A DNA stretch of 64,000 nt, taken from the NCBI GenBank assembly GCA_964016885.1, contig OZ024755.1, forward strand, positions 38,936,001 through 39,000,000, written 5' to 3'. Origin of the DNA: Eledone cirrhosa (lineage: Eukaryota). The notes beneath the pieces are model-generated. The model was not told the origin of the DNA. It did no database searches and saw only the letters and a list, made by a program, of their open reading frames with translations. Position 1 is the first letter of the stretch, and each line of letters begins with the position of its first letter. The translations under genes and the position numbers were made by a program. This document shows, piece by piece, positions 30,001-45,000 of the stretch.

Positions 30001-33000
30001 TAAAGTGTCTTGTATTGGGGTGTCTCACTAAAATGTCTTGTATTGGGGTGTCTCACTAAAGTGTCTTGTATTGGGAGTGGCTCACTAAAGTGTCTTGTAT
30101 TGGGGTGTCTCACTAAAGTGTCTTGTATTGGGGTGTCACACTAAAGTGTCTTGTATTGGGTGTCTCACTAAAGTGTCTTCTATTGGGGTGTCTCACTAAA
30201 GCCTCTTGTATTGCGGTGACTCACCTAAATGTCTTGTATTGGGGTGTCTCACTAAAGTGTCTTGTATTGGGGTGTCTCACTAAAGTGTCTTGTATTGGGG
30301 TGTCTCACTAAAGTGTCTTGTATTGGGGTGTCTCACTAAAATGTCTTGTATTGGGGTGTCTCACTAAAGTGTCTTGTATTGGGGTGTCTCACTAAAGTGT
30401 CTTGTATTGGGGTGTCTCACTAAAGTGTCTTGTATTGGGGTGTCTCACTAAAGTGTCTTGTATTGGAGGTGTCTCACTAAAGTGTCTTGTATTGGGGTGT
30501 CTCACTAAAGTGTCTTGTATTGGGGGTGTCTCACTTAAGTGTCTTGTATTGGGGTGTCTCGCTAAAGTGTCTTGTATTGGGGTGTCTCACTAAAGTGTCT
30601 TGTATTGGGGTGTCTCACTAAAATGTCTTGTATTGGGGTGTCTCACTAAAGTGTCTTGTATTGGGGTGTTTCACTAAATGTCTTGTATTGAGGTGTCTCA
30701 CTAAAGTGTCTTGTATTGGGGTGTCTCGCTAAAGTGACTTGTAGTGGGGTGTCTCACTAAAGTGTCTTGTATTGGGGTGTCTCACTAAAGTGTCTTGTAT
30801 TGGGGTGTCTCACTAAAGTGTCTTGTATTGGGGTGTCTCACTAAAGTGTCTTGTATTGGGGTGTCACACTAAAGTGTCTTGTATTGGGTCTCTCACTAAA
30901 GTGTCTTCTATTGGGGTGTCTCACTAAAGTCTCTTGTATTGGGGTGTCTCACTAAAGTGTCTTGTATTGGGGGTGTCTCACTAAAGTGTCTTGTATTGGG
31001 GTGTTTCACTAAAGTGTCTTGTATTGGGGTGTCTCACTAAAGTGTCTTGTATTGGGGTGTCTCACTAAAGTGTCTTGTATTGGGGTGTCTCACTAAAGTG
31101 TCTTGTATTGGGGGCGTCTCACTAAAGTGTCTTGTATTGGGGTGTCTCACTAAAGTGTCTTGTATTGGGGGTGTCTCACTTAAGTGTCTTGTATTGGGGT
31201 GTCTCGCTAAAGTGTCTTGTATTGGGGTGTCTCACTAAAGTGTCTTGTATTGGGGTGTCTCACTAAAGTGTCTTGTATTGGGGTGTCTCACTAAAATGTC
31301 TTGTATTGGGGTGTCTCACTAAAGTGTCTTGTATTGGGGTGTTTCACTAAATGTCTTGTATTGAGGTGTCTCACTAAAGTGTCTTGTATTGGGGTGTCTC
31401 GCTAAAGTGACTTGTAGTGGGGTGTCTCACTAAAGTGTCTTGTATTGGGGTGTCTCACTAAAGTGTCTTGTATTGGGGTGTCCTGTATTGGGGTGTCTCA
31501 CTAAAGTGTCTTGTATTGGGGTGTCTCACTAAAGTGTCTTGTATTGGGGTGTCTCACTAAAGTGTCTTGTATTGGGGTGTCACACTAAAGTGTCTTGTAT
31601 TGGGTCTCTCACTAAAGTGTCTTCTATTGGGGTGTCTCACTAAAGTCTCTTGTATTGCGGTGTCTCACCTAAATGTCTTGTATTGGGGTGTCTCACTAAA
31701 GTGTCTTGTATTGGGGTGTCTCACTAAAGTGTCTTGTATTGGGGTGTCTCACTAAAGTGTCTTGTATTGGGGTGTCTCACTAAAGTGTCTTGTAGTGGGG
31801 TGTCTCACCTAAAGTGTCTTGTATTGGGGTGTCTCACTAAAGTGTCTTGTATTGGCGGTGTCTCACTAAAGTGTCTTGTATTGGGGTATCTCACTAAAGT
31901 GTCTTGTATTGGGGTGTCCTGTATTGGGGTGTCTCACTAAAGTGTCTTGTATTGGGGTGTCTCACTAAAGTGTCTTCTATTGGGGTGTCACTCTAAAGTG
32001 TCTTGTATTGGAGTGTCTCACTAAAGTGTCTAGTATTGGGGTGTCACACTAAAGTGTCTTGTATTGGGGTGTCACACTAAAGTGTCTTGTATTGGGGTGT
32101 CTCACTAAAGTGTCTTGTATGGGGGTGCCTCACCTAAATGTCTTGTATTGGGGTGTCTCACTAAAGTGTCTTGTATTGAGGTTGTCTTACTAAAGTGTCT
32201 TGTATAGAGGTGTCGCACTAAAGTGTCTTGTATTGGGGTGTCTCACTAAAATGTCTTGTATTGGGGTGTCTCACTAAAATGTCTTGTATTGGGATGTCTC
32301 ACTAAAGTGTCTTGTATTGGGGTGTCTCACTAAAGTGTCTTGTATTGGGGTGTCTCACTAAAGTGTCTTGTATTGGGGTGTCTCACTAAAGTGTCTTGTA
32401 TTGGGGTGTCTCACTAAAGTGTCTTGTATTGGGGTGTCTCACTAAAGTGTCTTGTATTGGGGTGTCTCACTAAAGTGTCTTGGGTTGGGGTGTCTCACTA
32501 AAGTGTCTTGGGTTGGGGTGTCTCACTAAAGTGTCTTGTATTGGGGTTTCTCACTAAATGTCTTGTATTGAGGTGTCTCGCTAAAGTGTCTTGTAGTGGG
32601 GTGTCTCACTAAAGTGTCTTGTAATGGGGTGTCTCACTAAAGTGTCTTGTATTGAGGGTGTCTCACTAAAGTGTCTTGTATTGGGGTGTCTCACTAAAGT
32701 GTCTTGTATTGGGGTGTCTCACTAAAGTGTCTTGTATTGGGGTGTCTCACTAAAGTGTCTTGTATTGGGGTGTCTCACTAAAGTGTCTTGTATTGGGGTG
32801 TCTCACTAAAGTGTCTTGTATTGGTGTGTCTCACTAAAGTGTCTTCTATTGGGGTGTCACACTAAAGTGTCTTGTATTGGAGTGTCTCGCTAAAGTGTCT
32901 AGTATTGGGGTGTCACACTAAAGTGTCTTGTATTGGGGTGTCTCACCAAAGTGTCTTGTATTGGGGTGTCTCACCAAAGTGCCTTGTATGGGGGTGTCTC

Positions 33001-36000
33001 ACCAAAGTGCCTTGTATGGGGGTGTCTCACCTAAATGTCTTGTATTGGGGTGTCTCACTAAAGTGTCTTGGGTTGGGGTGTCTCACTAAAGTGTCTTGTA
33101 TTGGGGTGTCTCACTAAATGTCTTGTATTGGGGTGTCTCACTAAATGTCTTGTATTGGGGTGTCTCACTAAATGTCTTGTATTGAGGTGTCTCACTAAAG
33201 TGTCTTGTAATGGGGTGTCTCGCTAAAGTATCTTGTAGTGGGGTGTCTCACTAAAGTGTCTTGTATTGGGGTGTCTCACTAAAGTGTCTTGTATTGGGGT
33301 GTCTCACTAAAGTGTCTTGTATTGGGGTGTCTCACTAAAGTGTCTTGTATTGGGGTGTCTCACTAAAGTGTCTTGTATTGGGGTGTCTCACTAAAATGTC
33401 TTGTATTGGGGTGTCTCACTAAAGTGTCTTGTATTGGGGTGCCTCACTAAAGTGTCTTGTATAGGGGTGTCTCACTAAATGTCTTGTATTGGGGTGTCTC
33501 ACTAAATGTCTTGTATTGAGGTGTCTCACTAAAGTGTCTTGTAATGGGGTGTCTCGCTAAAGTATCTTGTAGTGGGGTGTCTCACTAAAGTGTCTTGTAT
33601 TGGGGTGTCTCACTAAAGTGTCTTGTATTGGGGTGTCTCACTAAAGTGTCTTGTATTGGGGTGTCTCACTAAAGTGTCTTGTATTGGGGTGTCTCACTAA
33701 AGTGTCTTGTATTGGGGGTGACTCACCTAAATGACTTGTATTGGGGTGTCTCACTAAAGTGTCTTGCATTGGGGTGTCTCACTAAAGTGTCTTGTATTGG
33801 GTTGTCTTATTAAAGTGTCTTGTATTGGGGTGTCTCACTAAAGTGTCTTGTATTGGGGTGTCTCACTAAAGTGTCTTGTATTGGGGTGTTACACTAAAGT
33901 GTCTTGTATTGGGGTGTCACACTAAAATGTCTTGTATTGGGGTGTCACACTAAAGTGTCTTGTGTTGGGGTGTCTTACTAAAGTCTCTTGTATTGGGGTG
34001 TCTCACTAAAGTGTCTTGTATTGGGGTGTCTCACTAAAGTCTCTTGTATTGGGGTGTCTCACTAAAGTGTCTTGTATTGGGGTGTCTCACTAAAGTGTCT
34101 TGTATTGGGGTGTCTCACTAAAGTCTCTTGTATTGGGGTGTCTCACTAAAGTCTCTTGTATTGGGGTGTCTCACTAAAATGTCTTGTATTGGGGTGTCTC
34201 ACTAAAGTGTCTTGTAGTGGGGTGTCTCACTAAAGTGTCTTGTATTGGGGTGTCTCACTAAAGTGTCTTGTATTGGGGTGTCACACTAAAGTGTCTTGTA
34301 TTGGGTGTCTCACTAAAGTGTCTTCTATTGGGGTGTCTCACTAAAGCCTCTTGTATTGCTGTGACTCACCTAAATGTCTTGTATTGGGGTGTCTCACTAA
34401 AATGTCTTGTATTGGGGTGTCACACTAAAGTGTCTTGTATTGGGATGTCTCACTAAAATGTTTTCTATTGGGGTGTCTCACTAAAGTCTTTTCTATTGGG
34501 GTGTCTCACTAAAGTGTCTTGTATTGGGGTGTCTCACTAAAGTGTCTTGTATTGGGGTGTCTCACTAAAATGTCTTGTATTGGGGTGTCTCACTAAAGTG
34601 TCTTGTATTGGGAGTGGCTCACTAAAGTGTCTTGTATTGGGGTGTCTCACTAAAGTGTCTTGTATTGGGGTGTCACACTAAAGTGTCTTGTATTGGGTGT
34701 CTCACTAAAGTGTCTTCTATTGGGGTGTCTCACTAAAGCCTCTTGTATTGCGGTGACTCACCTAAATGTCTTTTATTGGGGTGTCTCACTAAAGTGTCTT
34801 GTATTGGGGTGTCTCACTAAAATGTCTTGTATTGGGGTGTCTCACTAAAGTGTCTTGTATTGGGGTGTCTCACTAAAGTGTCTTGTATTGGGGTGTCTCA
34901 CTAAAGTGTCTTGTATTGGGGGTGTCTCACTAAAGTGTCTTGTATTGGGGGTGTCTCACTAAAGTGTCTTGTATTGGGGTGTCTCACTAAAGTGTCTTGT
35001 ATTGGGGGTGTCTCACTTAAGTGTCTTGTATTGGGGTGTCTCGCTAAAGTGTCTTGTATTGGGGTGTCTCGCTAAAGTGTCTTGTATTGGGGTGTCTCAC
35101 TAAAGTGTCTTGTATTGGGGTGTCTCACTAAAATGTCTTGTATTGGGGTGTCTCACTAAAGTGTCTTGTATTGGGGTGTTTCACTAAATGTCTTGTATTG
35201 AGGTGTCTCACTAAAGTGTCTTGTATTGGGGTGTCTCGCTAAAGTGACTTGTAGTGGGGTGTCTCACTAAAGTGTCTTGTATTGGGGTGTCTCACTAAAG
35301 TGTCTTGTATTGGGGTGTCTCACTAAAGTGTCTTGTATTGGGGTGTCTCACTAAAGTGTCTTGTATTGGGGTGTCTCACTAAAGTGTCTTGTATTGGGGT
35401 GTCACACTAAAGTGTCTTGTATTGGGTCTCTCACTAAAGTGTCTTCTATTGGGGTGTCTCACTAAAGTCTCTTGTATTGGGGTGTCTCACTAAAGTGTCT
35501 TGTATTGGGGGTGTCTCACTAAAGTGTCTTGTATTGGGGTGTCTCACTAAAGTGTCTTGTATTGGGGTGTCTCACTAAAGTGTCTTGTATTGGGGTGTCT
35601 CACTAAAGTGTCTTGTATTGGGGGCGTCTCACTAAAGTGTCTTGTATTGGGGTGTCTCACTAAAGTGTCTTGTATTGGGGGTGTCTCACTTAAGTGTCTT
35701 GTATTGGGGTGTCTCGCTAAAGTGTCTTGTATTGGGGTGTCTCACTAAAGTGTCTTGTATTGGGGTGTCTCACTAAAGTGTCTTGTATTGGGGTGTCTCA
35801 CTAAAGTGTCTTGTATTGGGGTGTCTCACTAAAATGTCTTGTATTGGGGTGTCTCACTAAAGTGTCTTGTATTGGGGTGTTTCACTAAATGTCTTGTATT
35901 GAGGTGTCTCACTAAAGTGTCTTGTATTGGGGTGTCTCGCTAAAGTGACTTGTAGTGGGGTGTCTCACTAAAGTGTCTTGTATTGGGGTGTCTCACTAAA

Positions 36001-39000
36001 GTGTCTTGTATTGGGGTGTCTCACTAAAGTGTCTTGTATTGGGGTGTCCTGTATTGGGGTGTCTCACTAAAGTGTCTTGTATTGGGGTGTCTCACTAAAG
36101 TGTCTTGTATTGGGGTGTCTCACTAAAGTGTCTTGTATTGGGGTGTCTCACTAAAGTGTCTTGTATTGGGGTGTCACACTAAAGTGTCTTGTATTGGGGT
36201 GTCACACTAAAGTGTCTTGTATTGGGGTGTCACACTAAAGTGTCTTGTATTGGGTCTCTCACTAAAGTGTCTTCTATTGGGGTGTCTCACTAAAGTCTCT
36301 TGTATTGCGGTGTCTCACCTAAATGTCTTGTATTGGGGTGTCTCACTAAAGTGTCTTGTATTGGGGTGTCTCACTAAAGTGTCTTGTATTGGGGTGTCTC
36401 ACTAAAGTGTCTTGTATTGGGGTGTCTCACTAAAATGTCTTGTAGTGGGGTGTCTCACCTAAAGTGTCTTGTATTGGGGTGTCTCACTAAAGTGTCTTGT
36501 ATTGGCGGTGTCTCACTAAAGTGTCTTGTATTGGGGTATCTCACTAAAGTGTCTTGTATTGGGGTGTCCTGTATTGGGGTGTCTCACTAAAGTGTCTTGT
36601 ATTGGGGTGTCTCACTAAAGTGTCTTGTATTGGTGTGTCTCACTAAAGTGTCTTCTATTGGGGTGTCACTCTAAAGTGTCTTGTATTGGAGTGTCTCACT
36701 AAAGTGTCTAGTATTGGGGTGTCACACTAAAGTGTCTTGTATTGGGGTGTCACACTAAAGTGTCTTGTATTGGGGTGTCTCACTAAAGTGTCTTGTATGG
36801 GGGTGTCTCACCTAAATGTCTTGTATTGGGGTGTCTCACTAAAGTGTCTTGTATTGAGGTTGTCTTACTAAAGTGTCTTGTATAGAGGTGTCGCACTAAA
36901 GTGTCTTGTATTGGGGTGTCTCACTAAAATGTCTTGTATTGGGGTGTCTCACTAAAATGTCTTGTATTGGGATGTCTCACTAAAGTGTCTTGTATTGGGG
37001 TGTCTCACTAAAGTGTCTTGTATTGGGGGTGTCTCACTAAAGTGTCTTGTATTGGGGTGTCTCACTAAAGTGTCTTGTATTGGGGTGTCTCACTAAAATG
37101 TCTTGTATTGGGGTGTCTCACTAAAGTGTCTTGTATTGGGAGTGGCTCACTAAAGTGTCTTGTATTGGGGTGTCTCACTAAAGTGTCTTGTATTGGGGTG
37201 TCACACTAAAGTGTCTTGTATTGGGTGTCTCACTAAAGTGTCTTCTATTGGGGTGTCTCACTAAAGCCTCTTGTATTGCGGTGACTCACCTAAATGTCTT
37301 TTATTGGGGTGTCTCACTAAAGTGTCTTGTATTGGGGTGTCTCACTAAAATGTCTTGTATTGGGGTGTCTCACTAAAGTGTCTTGTATTGGGGTGTCTCA
37401 CTAAAGTGTCTTGTATTGGGGTGTCTCACTAAAGTGTCTTGTATTGGGGGTGTCTCACTAAAGTGTCTTGTATTGGGGGTGTCTCACTAAAGTGTCTTGT
37501 ATTGGGGTGTCTCACTAAAGTGTCTTGTATTGGGGGTGTCTCACTTAAGTGTCTTGTATTGGGGTGTCTCGCTAAAGTGTCTTGTATTGGGGTGTCTCAC
37601 TAAAGTGTCTTGTATTGGGGTGTCTCACTAAAATGTCTTGTATTGGGGTGTCTCACTAAAGTGTCTTGTATTGGGGTGTTTCACTAAATGTCTTGTATTG
37701 AGGTGTCTCACTAAAGTGTCTTGTATTGGGGTGTCTCGCTAAAGTGACTTGTAGTGGGGTGTCTCACTAAAGTGTCTTGTATTGGGGTGTCTCACTAAAG
37801 TGTCTTGTATTGGGGTGTCTCACTAAAGTGTCTTGTATTGGGGTGTCTCACTAAAGTGTCTTGTATTGGGGTGTCTCACTAAAGTGTCTTGTATTGGGGT
37901 GTCACACTAAAGTGTCTTGTATTGGGTCTCTCACTAAAGTGTCTTCTATTGGGGTGTCTTACTAAAGTCTCTTGTATTGGGGTGTCTCACTAAAGTGTCT
38001 TGTATTGGGGGTGTCTCACTAAAGTGTCTTGTATTGGGGTGTCTCACTAAAGTGTCTTGTATTGGGGTGTCTCACTAAAGTGTCTTGTATTGGGGTGTCT
38101 CACTAAAGTGTCTTGTATTGGGGGCGTCTCACTAAAGTGTCTTGTATTGGGGTGTCTCACTAAAGTGTCTTGTATTGGGGGTGTCTCACTTAAGTGTCTT
38201 GTATTGGGGTGTCTCGCTAAAGTGTCTTGTATTGGGGTGTCACACTAAAGTGTCTTGTATTGGGGTGTCTCACTAAAGTGTCTTGTATTGGGGTGTCACA
38301 CTAAAGTGTCTTGTATTGGGTGTCTCACTAAAGTGTCTTCTATTGGGGTGTCTCACTAAAGCCTCTTGTATTGCTGTGACTCACCTAAATGTCTTGTATT
38401 GGGGTGTCTCACTAAAATGTCTTGTATTGGGGTGTCACACTAAAGTGTCTTGTATTGGGATGTCTCACTAAAATGTTTTCTATTGGGGTGTCTCACTAAA
38501 GTCTTTTCTATTGGGGTGTCTCACTAAAGTGTCTTGTATTGGGGTGTCTCACTAAAGTGTCTTGTATTGGGGTGTCTCACTAAAATGTCTTGTATTGGGG
38601 TGTCTCACTAAAGTGTCTTGTATTGGGAGTGGCTCACTAAAGTGTCTTGTATTGGGGTGTCTCACTAAAGTGTCTTGTATTGGGGTGTCACACTAAAGTG
38701 TCTTGTATTGGGTGTCTCACTAAAGTGTCTTCTATTGGGGTGTCTCACTAAAGCCTCTTGTATTGCGGTGACTCACCTAAATGTCTTTTATTGGGGTGTC
38801 TCACTAAAGTGTCTTGTATTGGGGTGTCTCACTAAAATGTCTTGTATTGGGGTGTCTCACTAAAGTGTCTTGTATTGGGGTGTCTCACTAAAGTGTCTTG
38901 TATTGGGGTGTCTCACTAAAGTGTCTTGTATTGGGGGTGTCTCACTAAAGTGTCTTGTATTGGGGGTGTCTCACTAAAGTGTCTTGTATTGGGGTGTCTC

Positions 39001-42000
39001 ACTAAAGTGTCTTGTATTGGGGGTGTCTCACTTAAGTGTCTTGTATTGGGGTGTCTCGCTAAAGTGTCTTGTATTGGGGTGTCACACTAAAGTGTCTTGT
39101 ATTGGGGTGTCTCACTAAAGTGTCTTGTATTGGGGTGTCACACTAAAGTGTCTTGTATTGGGTGTCTCACTAAAGTGTCTTCTATTGGGGTGTCTCACTA
39201 AAGCCTCTTGTATTGCTGTGACTCACCTAAATGTCTTGTATTGGGGTGTCTCACTAAAATGTCTTGTATTGGGGTGTCACACTAAAGTGTCTTGTATTGG
39301 GATGTCTCACTAAAATGTTTTCTATTGGGGTGTCTCACTAAAGTCTTTTCTATTGGGGTGTCTCACTAAAGTGTCTTGTATTGGGGTGTCTCACTAAAGT
39401 GTCTTGTATTGGGGTGTCTCACTAAAATGTCTTGTATTGGGGTGTCTCACTAAAGTGTCTTGTATTGGGAGTGGCTCACTAAAGTGTCTTGTATTGGGGT
39501 GTCTCACTAAAGTGTCTTGTATTGGGGTGTCACACTAAAGTGTCTTGTATTGGGTGTCTCACTAAAGTGTCTTCTATTGGGGTGTCTCACTAAAGCCTCT
39601 TGTATTGCGGTGACTCACCTAAATGTCTTTTATTGGGGTGTCTCACTAAAGTGTCTTGTATTGGGGTGTCTCACTAAAATGTCTTGTATTGGGGTGTCTC
39701 ACTAAAGTGTCTTGTATTGGGGTGTCTCACTAAAGTGTCTTGTATTGGGGTGTCTCACTAAAGTGTCTTGTATTGGGGGTGTCTCACTAAAGTGTCTTGT
39801 ATTGGGGGTGTCTCACTAAAGTGTCTTGTATTGGGGTGTCTCACTAAAGTGTCTTGTATTGGGGGTGTCTCACTTAAGTGTCTTGTATTGGGGTGTCTCG
39901 CTAAAGTGTCTTGTATTGGGGTGTCTCGCTAAAGTGTCTTGTATTGGGGTGTCTCACTAAAGTGTCTTGTATTGGGGTGTCTCACTAAAATGTCTTGTAT
40001 TGGGGTGTCTCACTAAAGTGTCTTGTATTGGGGTGTTTCACTAAATGTCTTGTATTGAGGTGTCTCACTAAAGTGTCTTGTATTGGGGTGTCTCGCTAAA
40101 GTGACTTGTAGTGGGGTGTCTCACTAAAGTGTCTTGTATTGGGGTGTCTCACTAAAGTGTCTTGTATTGGGGTGTCTCACTAAAGTGTCTTGTATTGGGG
40201 TGTCTCACTAAAGTGTCTTGTATTGGGGTGTCTCACTAAAGTGTCTTGTATTGGGGTGTCACACTAAAGTGTCTTGTATTGGGTCTCTCACTAAAGTGTC
40301 TTCTATTGGGGTGTCTCACTAAAGTCTCTTGTATTGGGGTGTCTCACTAAAGTGTCTTGTATTGGGGGTGTCTCACTAAAGTGTCTTGTATTGGGGTGTC
40401 TCACTAAAGTGTCTTGTATTGGGGTGTCTCACTAAAGTGTCTTGTATTGGGGTGTCTCACTAAAGTGTCTTGTATTGGGGGCGTCTCACTAAAGTGTCTT
40501 GTATTGGGGTGTCTCACTAAAGTGTCTTGTATTGGGGGTGTCTCACTTAAGTGTCTTGTATTGGGGTGTCTCGCTAAAGTGTCTTGTATTGGGGTGTCTC
40601 ACTAAAGTGTCTTGTATTGGGGTGTCTCACTAAAGTGACTTGTATTGGGGTGTCTCACTAAAGTGTCTTGTATTGGGGTGTCTCACTAAAATGTCTTGTA
40701 TTGGGGTGTCTCACTAAAGTGTCTTGTATTGGGGTGTTTCACTAAATGTCTTGTATTGAGGTGTCTCACTAAAGTGTCTTGTATTGGGGTGTCTCGCTAA
40801 AGTGACTTGTAGTGGGGTGTCTCACTAAAGTGTCTTGTATTGGGGTGTCTCACTAAAGTGTCTTGTATTGGGGTGTCTCACTAAAGTGTCTTGTATTGGG
40901 GTGTCCTGTATTGGGGTGTCTCACTAAAGTGTCTTGTATTGGGGTGTCTCACTAAAGTGTCTTGTATTGGGGTGTCTCACTAAAGTGTCTTGTATTGGGG
41001 TGTCTCACTAAAGTGTCTTGTATTGGGGTGTCACACTAAAGTGTCTTGTATTGGGGTGTCACACTAAAGTGTCTTGTATTGGGGTGTCACACTAAAGTGT
41101 CTTGTATTGGGTCTCTCACTAAAGTGTCTTCTATTGGGGTGTCTCACTAAAGTCTCTTGTATTGCGGTGTCTCACCTAAATGTCTTGTATTGGGGTGTCT
41201 CACTAAAGTGTCTTGTATTGGGGTGTCTCACTAAAGTGTCTTGTATTGGGGTGTCTCACTAAAGTGTCTTGTATTGGGGTGTCTCACTAAAATGTCTTGT
41301 AGTGGGGTGTCTCACCTAAAGTGTCTTGTATTGGGGTGTCTCACTAAAGTGTCTTGTATTGGCGGTGTCTCACTAAAGTGTCTTGTATTGGGGTATCTCA
41401 CTAAAGTGTCTTGTATTGGGGTGTCCTGTATTGGGGTGTCTCACTAAAGTGTCTTGTATTGGGGTGTCTCACTAAAGTGTCTTGTATTGGTGTGTCTCAC
41501 TAAAGTGTCTTCTATTGGGGTGTCACTCTAAAGTGTCTTGTATTGGAGTGTCTCACTAAAGTGTCTAGTATTGGGGTGTCACACTAAAGTGTCTTGTATT
41601 GGGGTGTCACACTAAAGTGTCTTGTATTGGGGTGTCTCACTAAAGTGTCTTGTATGGGGGTGTCTCACCTAAATGTCTTGTATTGGGGTGTCTCACTAAA
41701 GTGTCTTGTATTGAGGTTGTCTTACTAAAGTGTCTTGTATAGAGGTGTCGCACTAAAGTGTCTTGTATTGGGGTGTCTCACTAAAATGTCTTGTATTGGG
41801 GTGTCTCACTAAAATGTCTTGTATTGGGATGTCTCACTAAAGTGTCTTGTATTGGGGTGTCTCACTAAAGTGTCTTGTATTGGGGGTGTCTCACTAAAGT
41901 GTCTTGTATTGGGGTGTCTCACTAAAGTGTCTTGTATTGGGGTGTCTCACTAAAATGTCTTGTATTGGGGTGTCTCACTAAAGTGTCTTGTATTGGGAGT

Positions 42001-45000
42001 GGCTCACTAAAGTGTCTTGTATTGGGGTGTCTCACTAAAGTGTCTTGTATTGGGGTGTCACACTAAAGTGTCTTGTATTGGGTGTCTCACTAAAGTGTCT
42101 TCTATTGGGGTGTCTCACTAAAGCCTCTTGTATTGCGGTGACTCACCTAAATGTCTTTTATTGGGGTGTCTCACTAAAGTGTCTTGTATTGGGGTGTCTC
42201 ACTAAAATGTCTTGTATTGGGGTGTCTCACTAAAGTGTCTTGTATTGGGGTGTCTCACTAAAGTGTCTTGTATTGGGGTGTCTCACTAAAGTGTCTTGTA
42301 TTGGGGGTGTCTCACTAAAGTGTCTTGTATTGGGGGTGTCTCACTAAAGTGTCTTGTATTGGGGTGTCTCACTAAAGTGTCTTGTATTGGGGGTGTCTCA
42401 CTTAAGTGTCTTGTATTGGGGTGTCTCGCTAAAGTGTCTTGTATTGGGGTGTCTCACTAAAGTGTCTTGTATTGGGGTGTCTCACTAAAATGTCTTGTAT
42501 TGGGGTGTCTCACTAAAGTGTCTTGTATTGGGGTGTTTCACTAAATGTCTTGTATTGAGGTGTCTCACTAAAGTGTCTTGTATTGGGGTGTCTCGCTAAA
42601 GTGACTTGTAGTGGGGTGTCTCACTAAAGTGTCTTGTATTGGGGTGTCTCACTAAAGTGTCTTGTATTGGGGTGTCTCACTAAAGTGTCTTGTATTGGGG
42701 TGTCTCACTAAAGTGTCTTGTATTGGGGTGTCTCACTAAAGTGTCTTGTATTGGGGTGTCACACTAAAGTGTCTTGTATTGGGTCTCTCACTAAAGTGTC
42801 TTCTATTGGGGTGTCTTACTAAAGTCTCTTGTATTGGGGTGTCTCACTAAAGTGTCTTGTATTGGGGGTGTCTCACTAAAGTGTCTTGTATTGGGGTGTC
42901 TCACTAAAGTGTCTTGTATTGGGGTGTCTCACTAAAGTGTCTTGTATTGGGGTGTCTCACTAAAGTGTCTTGTATTGGGGGCGTCTCACTAAAGTGTCTT
43001 GTATTGGGGTGTCTCACTAAAGTGTCTTGTATTGGGGGTGTCTCACTTAAGTGTCTTGTATTGGGGTGTCTCGCTAAAGTGTCTTGTATTGGGGTGTCTC
43101 ACTAAAGTGTCTTGTATTGGGGTGTCTCACTAAAGTGTCTTGTATTGGGGTGTCTCACTAAAGTGTCTTGTATTGGGGTGTCTCACTAAAATGTCTTGTA
43201 TTGGGGTGTCTCACTAAAGTGTCTTGTATTGGGGTGTTTCACTAAATGTCTTGTATTGAGGTGTCTCACTAAAGTGTCTTGTATTGGGGTGTCTCGCTAA
43301 AGTGACTTGTAGTGGGGTGTCTCACTAAAGTGTCTTGTATTGGGGTGTCTCACTAAAGTGTCTTGTATTGGGGTGTCTCACTAAAGTGTCTTGTATTGGG
43401 GTGTCCTGTATTGGGGTGTCTCACTAAAGTGTCTTGTATTGGGGTGTCTCACTAAAGTGTCTTGTATTGGGGTGTCTCACTAAAGTGTCTTGTATTGGGG
43501 TGTCACACTAAAGTGTCTTGTATTGGGGTGTCACACTAAAGTGTCTTGTATTGGGTCTCTCACTAAAGTGTCTTCTATTGGGGTGTCTCACTAAAGTCTC
43601 TTGTATTGCGGTGTCTCACCTAAATGTCTTGTATTGGGGTGTCTCACTAAAGTGTCTTGTATTGGGGTGTCTCACTAAAGTGTCTTGTATTGGGGTGTCT
43701 CACTAAAGTGTCTTGTATTGGGGCGTCTCACTAAAATGTCTTGTAGTGGGGTGTCTCACCTAAAGTGTCTTGTATTGGGGTGTCTCACTAAAGTGTCTTG
43801 TATTGGCGGTGTCTCACTAAAGTGTCTTGTATTGGGGTATCTCACTAAAGTGTCTTGTATTGGGGTGTCCTGTATTGGGGTGTCTCACTAAAGTGTCTTG
43901 TATTGGGGTGTCTCACTAAAGTGTCTTGTATTGGTGTGTCTCACTAAAGTGTCTTCTATTGGGGTGTCACTCTAAAGTGTCTTGTATTGGAGTGTCTCAC
44001 TAAAGTGTCTAGTATTGGGGTGTCACACTAAAGTGTCTTGTATTGGGGTGTCACACTAAAGTGTCTTGTATTGGGGTGTCTCACTAAAGTGTCTTGTATG
44101 GGGGTGTCTCACCTAAATGTCTTGTATTGGGGTGTCTCACTAAAGTGTCTTGTATTGAGGTTGTCTTACTAAAGTGTCTTGTATAGAGGTGTCGCACTAA
44201 AGTGTCTTGTATTGGGGTGTCTCACTAAAATGTCTTGTATTGGGGTGTCTCACTAAAATGTCTTGTATTGGGATGTCTCACTAAAGTGTCTTGTATTGGG
44301 GTGTCTCACTAAAGTGTCTTGTATTGGGGGTGTCTCACTAAAGTGTCTTGTATTGGGGTGTCTCACTAAAGTGTCTTGTATTGGGGTGTCTCACTAAAGT
44401 GTCTTGTATTGGGGTGTCTCACTAAAGTGTCTTGGGTTGGGGTGTCTCACTAAAGTGTCTTGGGTTGGGGTGTCTCACTAAAGTGTCTTGTATTGGGGTT
44501 TCTCACTAAATGTCTTGTATTGAGGTGTCTCGCTAAAGTGTCTTGTAGTGGGGTGTCTCACTAAAGTGTCTTGTAATGGGGTGTCTCACTAAAGTGTCTT
44601 GTATTGAGGGTGTCTCACTAAAGTGTCTTGTATTGGGGTGTCTCACTAAAGTGTCTTGTATTGGGGTGTCTCACTAAAGTGTCTTGTATTGGGGTGTCTC
44701 ACTAAAGTGTCTTGTATTGGGGTGTCTCACTAAAGTGTCTTGTATTGGTGTGTCTCACTAAAATGTCTTGTATTGGTGTGTCTCACTAAAGTGTCTTCTA
44801 TTAGGGTGTCACACTAAAGTGTCTTGTATTGGAGTGTCTCGCTAAAGTGTCTAGTATTGGGGTGTCACACTAAAGTGTCTTGTATTGGGGTGTCTCACCA
44901 AAGTGTCTTGTATGGGGGTGTCTCACCAAAGTGCCTTGTATGGGGGTGTCTCACCTAAATGTCTTGTATTGGGGTGTCTCACTAAAGTGTCTTGGGTTGG

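Noticed and set aside
803-43891. Family of small Cys-rich peptides (MYWGVSLKCLVLG...)
   Set aside because: These are TTG-started translations of the 28-bp unit that cycle through frames. There is no gene structure.
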